This document shows, piece after piece, positions 17,971 to 25,425 of a DNA stretch of 64,000 nucleotides. Positions within the stretch are counted from its first letter, which is position 1. Each line of letters begins with the position of its first letter. Source of the DNA: a bacterium (GTDB lineage Bacteria; 4484-113; JAFGCY01); the NCBI GenBank assembly GCA_016932385.1, contig JAFGCY010000011.1, forward strand, positions 20,267 through 84,266. Reading direction: 5' to 3'. Below the pieces are notes generated by a model. The model was not told the DNA's origin. It did not search any database and was given only the letters and a program-made list of their open reading frames with translations. The position numbers and the translations under genes are program-made.

Positions 17971-18540
17971 ATGACAACGTCAGAGACCAACAAGCAGCAG
18001 GGCTTCGCCGAGGGCCAGCACGTCGTGCTGCGGCCCGTGCTGGAGGACGACCTGGCCGCGCTGGCCGGGCTGATGGCGGAGAACCCGCTGGAACCGCTGC
18101 CCTGGACCCTGCAGCGGCTGAAGAACAAGTTCGAGGACAAGGACGAGCCGGGCCTGTGGGGCAAGACCGCACGCCACTTCGTGATTGTGCGCCATAACGG
18201 TGAGGTCGTCGGCTTTCTCAAGGAAAGCGACGACTCCAACCGCGGTATGCATTGGAACGAGCTGCACATCAAGGACGGGCTCGCCGACCGCGATGTGCTG
18301 GGCGTGGATACGCTGACGGCGTATCTGGCCTACAAGCAGAAATGGCACAATCCGCTGCGGATCAGCTTCGACGTCCTGCGGCCGGAAACTGAGAAAGCCA
18401 CCTGGATGGTGGAGGCCGGCTTCGAGCTGGAGCTAACGCAGGAGCGCGTGCTGTTCTACCGCGGCCAACCCGAAGCGCGCTGCCTGTACACGTGGTTCAG
18501 CGAGGAGTTGCTTAACGCTCCGGCCTGGTCGGAGGAGTGA
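17971..18540 (+). CDS. Divergent GNAT-fold protein (array member B1)
   Basis: GGAAGGAG Shine-Dalgarno before ATG 17971. It is a paralog of 21377..21988 (PWT.QRL...FEDKD.P.LW....VIR...E.VGF..E). It has a GNAT-like length and a VVLRP N-terminal strand, but I cannot find a canonical (Q/R)xxGx(G/A) motif. Confidence 0.6.
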   Translation: MTTSETNKQQGFAEGQHVVLRPVLEDDLAALAGLMAENPLEPLPWTLQRLKNKFEDKDEPGLWGKTARHFVIVRHNGEVVGFLKESDDSNRGMHWNELHIKDGLADRDVLGVDTLTAYLAYKQKWHNPLRISFDVLRPETEKATWMVEAGFELELTQERVLFYRGQPEARCLYTWFSEELLNAPAWSEE

Positions 18541-18585
18541 TCGCCGGCGCCTGACTTGTACTACCGGCGAAATTGGGAGATTGAC

Positions 18586-19158
18586 ATGATTACAACTTGG
18601 ACTGGAGAACGCGTTCGCTTGCGGCCATTCGCCAACGCGAACGAGCGTTGCGACCAGTATGTCGAGATGCGCAGCAAGCCCAATCAGTTCTGGGGTGCCT
18701 GGTGGTCGGCACGGCAGGAAAACAAGAAGAGCTTCGAGGAATCCGGCCTGCTATCCGCCGATAAGTACGGGTGTTTTGCAGTGGAACGGTTGGACACCGG
18801 CGAGTTGATCGGCTTCGAGGAACACGGATTCGTCGAGTCCGGTACCTCCGCCTGGATCGGCACGTTCATCCAACCGGAGCACTGGCACCGGGGCTTCGGC
18901 ATCGAAGCCAAGCAGCTAGCCTATTGCTACCTGTTTGAGAACTTCCCGCTGACGTCCATCGACTCGGGTACGATCGACAACCACGTGCGCGCCAAGCGCG
19001 GATTGCTCGAAAGCGGCATGCATTTCGAGGGCCGGATCCGGCGCTACCACTACATCGAAGGCAAGTATCACGATCTGGTGTTCTACCGGATCTTCCGCGA
19101 GGAGTGGGAGCAGTTGCCGATCCGGCGGATCGCGAAGCGAGGTTCGGCATGCATGTGA
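18586..19158 (+). CDS. GNAT N-acetyltransferase, RimJ/RimL-like (A2)
   Basis: MITTWTGERVRLRPF; HWHRGFGIEAKQLAYCYLFENFPL; tail REEWEQLPIRRIAKRG. Confidence 0.8.
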   Translation: MITTWTGERVRLRPFANANERCDQYVEMRSKPNQFWGAWWSARQENKKSFEESGLLSADKYGCFAVERLDTGELIGFEEHGFVESGTSAWIGTFIQPEHWHRGFGIEAKQLAYCYLFENFPLTSIDSGTIDNHVRAKRGLLESGMHFEGRIRRYHYIEGKYHDLVFYRIFREEWEQLPIRRIAKRGSACM

Positions 19159-19715
19159 TCTATACCGGCGAGCGCGTCCGACTCAGGCCATTCGCCTCGG
19201 CGGAGGAGTTCATCAAGCTCGATGACAACTTCATGGCGGTGCCGAACCCGTTTTGGGGTCCCGACTGGCGGTCCCATGCGAAACGGACGGCCGAGTTCAC
19301 TGGCAACGGCTTGATCGATCCGCTGGCGTACTCCGCCTTCGCCGTCGAGCGGCTGGACACGGGTGAGTTGATCGGGATCGAGGAGTGTGGCGATGTACAC
19401 GCGACGAAGCTGTACACCTGGATCGGGACATTCATCCTGGCGGACCATCGGCGCCAGGGCTTCGGCATCGAGGCCAAGCAGCTGATGATGTGCCACCTGT
19501 TCGAAAACCTGCCGCTGTCCTCGATCCTGGCCGTGACGATGTCGAACCACGCCCGAGCCCTGGCCGGCTTGCAGGTCTGCGGGATGCGCCACATTGGTTA
19601 CAAGCGGCGCGTCCGGCAATGCGACGGGAAAGTGCTGGATGAGGTGATGTTTCAGATCCTGCGCGAGGAGTGGGAACAGCTGCCGATCCGGCGGATTGTG
19701 AAGCGAGGTGCCTGA
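19149..19715 (+). CDS. GNAT N-acetyltransferase, RimJ/RimL-like (A3)
   Basis: MHVIYTGERVRLRPF; HRRQGFGIEAKQLMMCHLFENLPL; tail REEWEQLPIRRIVKRG. Its start overlaps the A2 stop by 10 nt. Confidence 0.8.
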   Translation: MHVIYTGERVRLRPFASAEEFIKLDDNFMAVPNPFWGPDWRSHAKRTAEFTGNGLIDPLAYSAFAVERLDTGELIGIEECGDVHATKLYTWIGTFILADHRRQGFGIEAKQLMMCHLFENLPLSSILAVTMSNHARALAGLQVCGMRHIGYKRRVRQCDGKVLDEVMFQILREEWEQLPIRRIVKRGA

Positions 19716-20272
19716 TGCAAGTTAGCTGGACAGGTGCACGAATACGGCTGAGGCCGTTTGCGGACTTCGCGGAGTATGCGCCGGCGTTTACGGCGACCTT
19801 CGGCGAATCGACGGAGTTCTGGGGCCACCAGCGCTGCCCGATCGATAAGGAGCGCAAGCGATTCGAAGAAACCGGCGCGGTTGATGATTTCCGCGGCCAG
19901 CTCGCAGTGGAGCGACGGGACGATGGCCTGGTACTGGGCTCGATGAGCTACGTGCTCTACCGCAACGGCCTGGGGGCCAACATCGGCACCATTATCCGGA
20001 TTCCCTACCGGGCCCAGGGTTACGGAGTTGAAGGCAAGCGGCTGTTGATCAGCTACCTGTACCAGACGCGCCCGTTGGCGCGGATCGAGGCGATTACCTT
20101 GACCCATCACCGCGCGGCTCGGCGCAGCGTGGAGCTGGCCGGCATGCGCCGGGAGTATGTTCGGCGACGTTGCACCTTCAGCCAGGGCCGCTGGGGCAGT
20201 TGGGTGGCTTATGTGATCTTTCGCGAAGAATGGGAGCAATGGCCGGATCGGCCCGACGCACATAGGGCATGA
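19715..20272 (+). CDS. GNAT N-acetyltransferase, RimJ/RimL-like (A4)
   Basis: MQVSWTGARIRLRPF; YRAQGYGVEGKRLLISYLY. There is a TGATG stop/start overlap with A3. Confidence 0.8.
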   Translation: MQVSWTGARIRLRPFADFAEYAPAFTATFGESTEFWGHQRCPIDKERKRFEETGAVDDFRGQLAVERRDDGLVLGSMSYVLYRNGLGANIGTIIRIPYRAQGYGVEGKRLLISYLYQTRPLARIEAITLTHHRAARRSVELAGMRREYVRRRCTFSQGRWGSWVAYVIFREEWEQWPDRPDAHRA

Positions 20273-21384
20273 CAAAAATGAAGAAACTGAACACACTATC
20301 TCGCCTCGGACAACTGCGCCGTCTGCGCGGACTGCTGCGGCCAGCCTTGGCGGCATATGGGCTCACCGACGCCTTGTGCAAGCTAGTACAGCACGGCGAG
20401 AACACGACCTACCGCGTCGATTCAGCTAAAGGTGATATCGGCTGCCGTGGTGTATATGTGCCGGGCCGATACCTGGCACGGATCCACCGGCCGGAATACC
20501 ATACGCCCGCCGAGATCCGCTCCGAATTGACCTGGCTTACGGCACTGCGCGCCGCTACCGGCTTGGACGTTCCCGAGCCGGTGACCGACCGGAACGGCCA
20601 GTTGGTCATCGAGGCGACCGCGCCGGACGTACCGGAACCGCGGCCGGTCAGTCTGCTGCGCTGGATGAGCGGAACGTTCCGCCACAAGCGGCTGAACGCG
20701 AAGCACATCACGCAACTGGGCCGGCTGACGGCCTGCCTGCACGAACATGCGGCAACCTGGAACCCGCCCGCCGGCTTTACGCGCGGCAAATGGGACTGGG
20801 ACGGCTTGTTCGGCAAGAACTTCGGCCTGGGCCTAAGCGAGCAGGAGTTGTGGAGCCTAGTACCGTCGAATGCACGTGGAGTGTTTTACGAAGCAGCGCA
20901 ACACATCGGCCAGACCATGGCGACGCTGGGACGCGGCGCGAACGTCTTCGGGCTGATCCACGCCGACCTGCATATCGGCAATGTGCTGTTCACGCCCGAC
21001 AACGCGCGGCCCATCGACTTCGACGACTGTGGGTACGGTTACTGGCTCTACGACCTTGCCGTCATCGTCGACAACTTGCGCAACCTGGAGTTGGGCCGGG
21101 AGTATGAAGCCGCATTGATTGCCGGCTACCGCCAGATCCGGCCGCTGCCCGTGGGATATGACGAGCATCGGTTGGATTTCGTCGCGGCCCGCAGCATTAC
21201 GTTGACACTGTGGGTGTGCGGCATGGCACGAATCAACACGAAATTCGCGGCCTGGATCCCGAACGCCATTGAGGACACACGGCCCGTGATCGCCGAATAC
21301 CTGTCCCGGTTCGGCAATGGGACCGGCCGCGGGCTACCAAGAACTGTCAATCAGCGAAAGCGAGGAGACAACAACCATGACTGA
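20269..21384 (+). CDS. APH/CotS-type phosphotransferase (kinase-fold) protein
   Basis: ATGA overlap with A4. Catalytic loop LIHADLHIGNVLF and metal-binding IDFDDCGYG. It is 371 aa. The N-lobe has the NTTYRV pattern typical of aminoglycoside/choline/homoserine-kinase-II-like phosphotransferases. Confidence 0.8.
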   Translation: MTKMKKLNTLSRLGQLRRLRGLLRPALAAYGLTDALCKLVQHGENTTYRVDSAKGDIGCRGVYVPGRYLARIHRPEYHTPAEIRSELTWLTALRAATGLDVPEPVTDRNGQLVIEATAPDVPEPRPVSLLRWMSGTFRHKRLNAKHITQLGRLTACLHEHAATWNPPAGFTRGKWDWDGLFGKNFGLGLSEQELWSLVPSNARGVFYEAAQHIGQTMATLGRGANVFGLIHADLHIGNVLFTPDNARPIDFDDCGYGYWLYDLAVIVDNLRNLELGREYEAALIAGYRQIRPLPVGYDEHRLDFVAARSITLTLWVCGMARINTKFAAWIPNAIEDTRPVIAEYLSRFGNGTGRGLPRTVNQRKRGDNNHD

Positions 21385-21988
21385 GCAGCAGCAGGAAGCA
21401 ACAAGCGCATTGAACAACGAGATCAAGCAGCTGACCGCGGCCCAGTGCATGGCCGCCGGCGAATTCATCCGCCTGCGCGGCGTGCAGGAATACGACCTGG
21501 CCCGGCTGGCGCGGCTACTGGCCGAAGCGCCCAGTTCTCTTGCACCAATGCCTTGGACCGAGCAGCGCCTGCGCGTGCAGTTCGAGGACAAGGATAAGCC
21601 GAACTTGTGGCACGAAAAAAAGAAAACTTACGCTGTGATCCGCCTGGCGAACGATGAGCTGGTTGGCTTCATCACCGAGCACAAGGATGATCACGGCGTG
21701 TTCGTGTTCTTCGATATTGACCAGCATTGCGCGGACCGAAACGAACTGGGCCGCGATGTCCTGCGGGTCTATCGCGATCTGAAGATGGACTGGTCTAAGC
21801 TCCACCGCCTGGAAATCTGCATTCTCGATGTGGAGCAGGACAAGGCGCAATGGCTGGCGGCCACCGGCTGGCAAATGTCCGCGCAGATCCCGCAGATGTA
21901 TTTCCATTTGGGCCGGCCCGCCGACCTGCAGATCTGGGACTGGGTCGCGCCCTGGGCCGAACAACTGGGGGCCGGCGATGGCACGTAA
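21377..21988 (+). CDS. Divergent GNAT-fold protein (B2)
   Basis: ATG 21377 overlaps the kinase stop by 8 nt, and GAGGAG lies upstream. It is a paralog of B1 (see 17971..18540). Confidence 0.6.
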   Translation: MTEQQQEATSALNNEIKQLTAAQCMAAGEFIRLRGVQEYDLARLARLLAEAPSSLAPMPWTEQRLRVQFEDKDKPNLWHEKKKTYAVIRLANDELVGFITEHKDDHGVFVFFDIDQHCADRNELGRDVLRVYRDLKMDWSKLHRLEICILDVEQDKAQWLAATGWQMSAQIPQMYFHLGRPADLQIWDWVAPWAEQLGAGDGT

Positions 21989-22163
21989 GTCGAACCGGCG
22001 CCTGGCGCGGATCAAGCTCTCGGCGCTGCAGGCTTTGCTGGGCTCACCGAACGAGCTGCACAAGGCGCACCGGCTCAATGCCAGCGGTACGGGCGCGCAT
22101 CGCAACAAGAAGCGTTATCAACGCCGGGCCAAGCACCGGCGGGACTATGGAGCAGAATTATGA
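21978..22163 (+). CDS. 61-aa highly basic mini-protein, ArfA-like (tentative)
   Basis: The in-frame ATG at 21978 overlaps the B2 stop by 11 nt. Its own stop overlaps the A5 start (ATGA). It has 17 K/R versus 3 D/E. The segment IKLSALQALLGSPNELHKAHRLNASGTGAHRNKKRYQRRAKH resembles my recollection of E. coli ArfA ([35 protein letters not shown]). Confidence 0.4.
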   Translation: MARKSNRRLARIKLSALQALLGSPNELHKAHRLNASGTGAHRNKKRYQRRAKHRRDYGAEL

Positions 22164-22726
22164 ATACGGTTTACACTGGAGAGCAAGTACGCCTGCGTCC
22201 GTTCAAAGACGCCGCCGAATACCAGTGGCTGATGGCCCACGAGGCACTGGAGCCCAATGCGCACTGGGGCATCTGGTATTACCCCCAGGCTGAGGCCCGT
22301 AAGGACTTCGAAAAGAACGGCCTGCTGCTGACCGACGGCTACAGCGCATTTGCCGTGGAGCACCTCGCCAGCGGCGAGTGCATCGGCTACGAGGAATACG
22401 GCGGCTATAAGCCCGGCCGGCCCTCGGACTGGGTGGGCACGTTCATCCGCAAGGAGTTCCGTCGCCAGGGCTTGGGCGTGGAGGCCAAGCGGTTAAACCT
22501 CTGCCACCTGTTCGAGAGCTTCCCGCTCAACGTGGTCTACGCCGACACCACCGCGACGCACAAGCCAGCCCAACGCGGCTTGGAGTTGTGCGGGATGAAA
22601 CGCTGCGGAGTACGGCGCAAGGCGCACTATTACAAGGGCCGCTTCGTCGATATTCCGCAGTACTACATCCTGCGTAGCGAGTGGGAGCAGCTGGCGTACC
22701 GCCATAAGGTCAAGCGAGGCTTGTGA
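22160..22726 (+). CDS. GNAT N-acetyltransferase, RimJ/RimL-like (A5)
   Basis: MNTVYTGEQVRLRPF; FRRQGLGVEAKRLNLCHLFESFPL; tail SEWEQLAYRHKVKRGL. Confidence 0.8.
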   Translation: MNTVYTGEQVRLRPFKDAAEYQWLMAHEALEPNAHWGIWYYPQAEARKDFEKNGLLLTDGYSAFAVEHLASGECIGYEEYGGYKPGRPSDWVGTFIRKEFRRQGLGVEAKRLNLCHLFESFPLNVVYADTTATHKPAQRGLELCGMKRCGVRRKAHYYKGRFVDIPQYYILRSEWEQLAYRHKVKRGL

Positions 22727-23292
22727 TGCGGACCGTGTTGACCGGCGAGCGCGTTCGGCTGCGACCGTGGGCGAGCGGCGAAGAGCTGTACGACTTCAGC
22801 CGGCGCCACAACACCCGGCCGAATGAGCACCTCGGCCCGACCTGGTATCCGCTCGGTGTCGAATGCCGGCTGTTTGCCGATAACGGCATGGTGAACAGCC
22901 ATGGCCTAAGCGCTTTCGCAATCGAGCTCATGGACAAATGCCAACTGATTGGTTTTGAGGCGGTGACTTTCAGAGACCCACTGTGCATGGATGCCGAAGT
23001 GGGCACGTTCATCCTGGAGCCATATCGCCGTCAGGGCCTGGGCATCGAATCCAAGCAGCTGATGCTGCAGCACCTGTTCGGCAATTATCAGCTGGACCGC
23101 GTCGGCGCCTGGACGCTGGCGACGCACACCATGGCCCGCCGCGGACTGGAACGATGCGGATTCACCTTGGAGGGCCGCCTGCGCCGGGCGTACTACAGCC
23201 GCGGCCGGTACACCGACCGCGTGTTCTACGTCATCTGGCGTGAGGACTGGAAGCAGCTCGCTCAAGTGAACGAACCAGGGAACCAACCATGA
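22726..23292 (+). CDS. GNAT N-acetyltransferase, RimJ/RimL-like (A6)
   Basis: ATG 22726 is preferred over GTG 22723. It gives MRTVLTGERVRLRPW, in register with the paralogs, and the same AAGCGAGG-N6-ATG geometry. Motif: YRRQGLGIESKQLMLQHLFGN. Confidence 0.8.
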   Translation: MRTVLTGERVRLRPWASGEELYDFSRRHNTRPNEHLGPTWYPLGVECRLFADNGMVNSHGLSAFAIELMDKCQLIGFEAVTFRDPLCMDAEVGTFILEPYRRQGLGIESKQLMLQHLFGNYQLDRVGAWTLATHTMARRGLERCGFTLEGRLRRAYYSRGRYTDRVFYVIWREDWKQLAQVNEPGNQP

Positions 23293-23852
23293 TTACGACT
23301 TATACAGGAGAACGGGTCCGGCTGCGGCCGTGGCGCGATTTCGCGGAGTACAGCTCCGTGATCGACCGCGATTACGCCCAGCCGGATCCGTTCCGTGGAC
23401 CGCGCTGGTGGCCGGTGCTGGCGCGCGAGCCGGACTTCGACCGAAACGGCGAAATCGGGCCGGAGGCGTATTCGCAGCTGGCGATCGAGGAGTTGGCCAG
23501 CGGGCAGGCCGTCGGCATCACGGGCCACGGTGCGCTGAAGCCCGGCGCGCTGGCGGTGGACTTCGGCACGTACATCCTGCCGGACTGCCGCTACCGCGGC
23601 TACGGCGTGGAGGCCAAGCAGCTGGCGCTGTGCCGGTTGTTTGAAAACTACCCGCTGGAGGCTGTCCGGGCCAACACCACAGCCCCGCACGGGCGGGCGC
23701 GGCGCAGCCTGGAGCTGTGCGGCATGCAGCAATACGGCCGGCTGCGGCGAGTCGGGATCGCGGACGGCCGCTATTACGACGAAGTGCAGTACGAGATCTA
23801 CCGGCCGGACTGGGAGCTGCTGCCCATCCGGCAGCGAGTTAAGCGAGGTTAA
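23289..23852 (+). CDS. GNAT N-acetyltransferase, RimJ/RimL-like (A7)
   Basis: ATGA overlap with A6. MITTYTGERVRLRPW; CRYRGYGVEAKQLALCRLFENYPL; tail PDWELLPIRQRVKRG. Confidence 0.8.
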   Translation: MITTYTGERVRLRPWRDFAEYSSVIDRDYAQPDPFRGPRWWPVLAREPDFDRNGEIGPEAYSQLAIEELASGQAVGITGHGALKPGALAVDFGTYILPDCRYRGYGVEAKQLALCRLFENYPLEAVRANTTAPHGRARRSLELCGMQQYGRLRRVGIADGRYYDEVQYEIYRPDWELLPIRQRVKRG

Positions 23853-23872
23853 GCAGCAAGTGGAGTTTTATC

Positions 23873-25129
23873 ATGAAGATCGTTAACGAGAAAATCAGGA
23901 AAGTCGTTGCCGGCAACGGGCGCGAGGCCCGCATCTGGGTCGAGCGTCCAGAGCTGGTGGAGGAGCAGGCGCTTAAACAAATCGAGTCAATGCTCGCAAC
24001 GCCCAACCTGGTGGAGCACATCGCGGTGATGCCGGACGTGCACTGGGGCATGGGCGCGACGATCGGGGCCGTGATGGCGCTCGACGACGCGATCATCCCC
24101 AACTGCGTCGGCGTCGACATCGGCTGCGGGATGGCCTGCCACCCGCTGGGGTTGAAATACGAGGGCGAGTTGAAGACGCGCGACCACTGGCGCCGTTGGC
24201 TGGGCCAGGTGCAGCGCTCCATCCCGACGGGCTTCAACAGCCACCAGCCGCATCCGGAGCTGCTTCAAGCGCAGAAGCTGGAGGCACGGGCGGAGCGCGG
24301 CGACCAGGCCGGCATCGAGAACCTGCGCTGTACCGAGTATATCGCCACCACGAAGCGATTCGGCAACGTTGCCGAGATGGTGCTCTGCCAGCAAGGTACG
24401 ATGGGCGGCGGCAACCATTTCCTGGAGATCCAGCGCGACGAAAGCGATAACCTCTGGCTGATGGTGCACTCGGGCAGCCGCCACGTCGGCTACCAGATCG
24501 CCGGGCATTACGCCAAGCTGGCACAGGCCGTCAACCAGCGGCTGGGCCAGCCGGCGGCACCGCACCTGAACTGGCTGTCGCTCTCCACTCCCGAGGGACG
24601 GGCGTATCTCAACGATATGCAGTGGGCGGTGGATTACGCCCTGCTCAACCGCAAAGCGATGCTCAGGCGCGCCCTGGGCGTGATGGGGATCGCCTTCAGC
24701 GAGGACCTGCTGATCAACATCCCGCACAACTACGCGGCGGTGGAGGAGCACTTCGGCAAGCAAGTGGTGGTGCACCGCAAGGGTGCTACCAGCGCGCGCG
24801 TCGACGAGTTGGGGATCATTCCGGGCAGCATGGGCACGCCGAGTTACATCGTGCGCGGCCTGGGCAACTCGGAGAGCTACCAGTCCTGCAGCCACGGCGC
24901 GGGCCGCACGATGGGCCGCAAGGCGGCCAAGAAAGCGCTGAACACCAGCATGTTCGCCGAGGCACTGGCGGGTACGTTCTCCACGGCGAGCGGCAGCTAC
25001 CTGGACGAGGCACCGCAGGCTTACAAGGCCATCGACCTGGTGATCAGCGCACAGGACGAACTGGTGACCGTGGTGCATAAACTGACGCCGGTGATCACCC
25101 TGAAGGACGGCGCCGGCGGAGTGGATTAG
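23873..25129 (+). CDS. rtcB: RNA 3'-phosphate ligase RtcB
   Basis: All hallmark blocks are present: MPDVHWGMGATIG, VGVDIGCGM, GGGNHFLEIQ, HSGSRHVG, HNYA, HRKGAT, IPGSMGTPSY, SCSHGAGR. It is 418 aa, with GGAG 7 nt upstream of the ATG. Confidence 0.92.
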   Translation: MKIVNEKIRKVVAGNGREARIWVERPELVEEQALKQIESMLATPNLVEHIAVMPDVHWGMGATIGAVMALDDAIIPNCVGVDIGCGMACHPLGLKYEGELKTRDHWRRWLGQVQRSIPTGFNSHQPHPELLQAQKLEARAERGDQAGIENLRCTEYIATTKRFGNVAEMVLCQQGTMGGGNHFLEIQRDESDNLWLMVHSGSRHVGYQIAGHYAKLAQAVNQRLGQPAAPHLNWLSLSTPEGRAYLNDMQWAVDYALLNRKAMLRRALGVMGIAFSEDLLINIPHNYAAVEEHFGKQVVVHRKGATSARVDELGIIPGSMGTPSYIVRGLGNSESYQSCSHGAGRTMGRKAAKKALNTSMFAEALAGTFSTASGSYLDEAPQAYKAIDLVISAQDELVTVVHKLTPVITLKDGAGGVD

Positions 25130-25222
25130 CGAGACAGACCATGCATGGACAATCAACCGCGAGATTTTGTCAGCCAGTCAGTTCGGCGCCAAGGCCGCAT
25201 GAATCGGGCTGCCTGCGCGCGC

Positions 25223-25402
25223 CTAACGCTTCGAATCCAAGTCCTCGATCTCGGCAACCAAACCGTCGATTTCGTTTTCCCAGGATTCGATCTGGCGCTG
25301 CATATCCGGATCAGTTGAGTCAGCGGAATCGATCAAGGCTTCGAGCCGGTCAATCTTCTGATGCAGCCTGGAGATTTCCAGATCCAGGTCAAGGTCACAC
25401 AT
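25223..25402 (-). CDS. Small acidic coiled-coil protein (59 aa, hypothetical)
   Basis: This is the C-terminal portion of tracked ORF 25223..26095, taken from the internal ATG at 25402, with GGGGA 6 nt upstream. The sequence has a heptad-like pattern (EISRLHQKIDRLEALIDS...IESWENEIDGLVAEIEDL), with 18 D/E of 59 residues. The rest of the tracked ORF is antisense to the ABC-2 permease. Confidence 0.45.
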   Translation of the reverse strand: MCDLDLDLEISRLHQKIDRLEALIDSADSTDPDMQRQIESWENEIDGLVAEIEDLDSKR

Positions 25403-25425
25403 TGCACATCCCCTGGAAGTAATTG

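Noticed and set aside
14907-21384. Reading the block as a RiPP cluster. The uORF peptide with its TSTT stretch would be the precursor, with an APH-like kinase as in class V lanthipeptides, plus a methyltransferase, GNAT N-acetylation and an ABC exporter.
   Set aside because: - The peptide is only 23 aa with no Cys and no obvious leader/core split.
- No lyase (HopA1-like), cyclase or protease is present.
- Nine GNATs plus RtcB are not explained.
- It is kept only as an alternative mentioned under the uORF finding.
17384-23852. Reading the GNAT array as a set of AtaT/TacT/ItaT-type toxin-antitoxin modules that acetylate aminoacyl-tRNA.
   Set aside because: Those toxins are paired with small upstream RHH/DUF1778 antitoxin genes, and none is present. 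The N-terminal LRLRPF strand and the G.G.E.K loop look RimJ/RimL/MccE-like (Acetyltransf_3). Seven unguarded toxins in one operon seems implausible. This is not formally excluded without profile searches.
23987-25156. 389-aa minus-strand ORF across rtcB. Similar long shadow ORFs occur at 16403..17389, 29202..30416, 40687..42153, 54905..55927, 57999..59306, 6422..7138 and 38581..39534.
   Set aside because: Each lies antisense to a gene with unambiguous family motifs (RtcB, ABC ATPase, GuaB3-like, PurA, etc.). Each has the A/R/G/H/Q/V-rich, low-K/N/F composition of non-coding frames in GC-rich DNA.
25229-25237. TTCGAATCC, a T-loop-like string suggestive of a tRNA.
   Set aside because: No acceptor, D or anticodon arms can be drawn around it, and it lies inside the small coiled-coil ORF. 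No tRNA, rRNA or tmRNA-like region was seen anywhere in the window.
25141-25422. 93-aa plus-strand ORF between rtcB and the permease.
   Set aside because: The sequence is R/S/P-rich with no Shine-Dalgarno. The opposite-strand 59-aa coiled-coil ORF with a Shine-Dalgarno explains the open frame better, and even that call is only moderate confidence.
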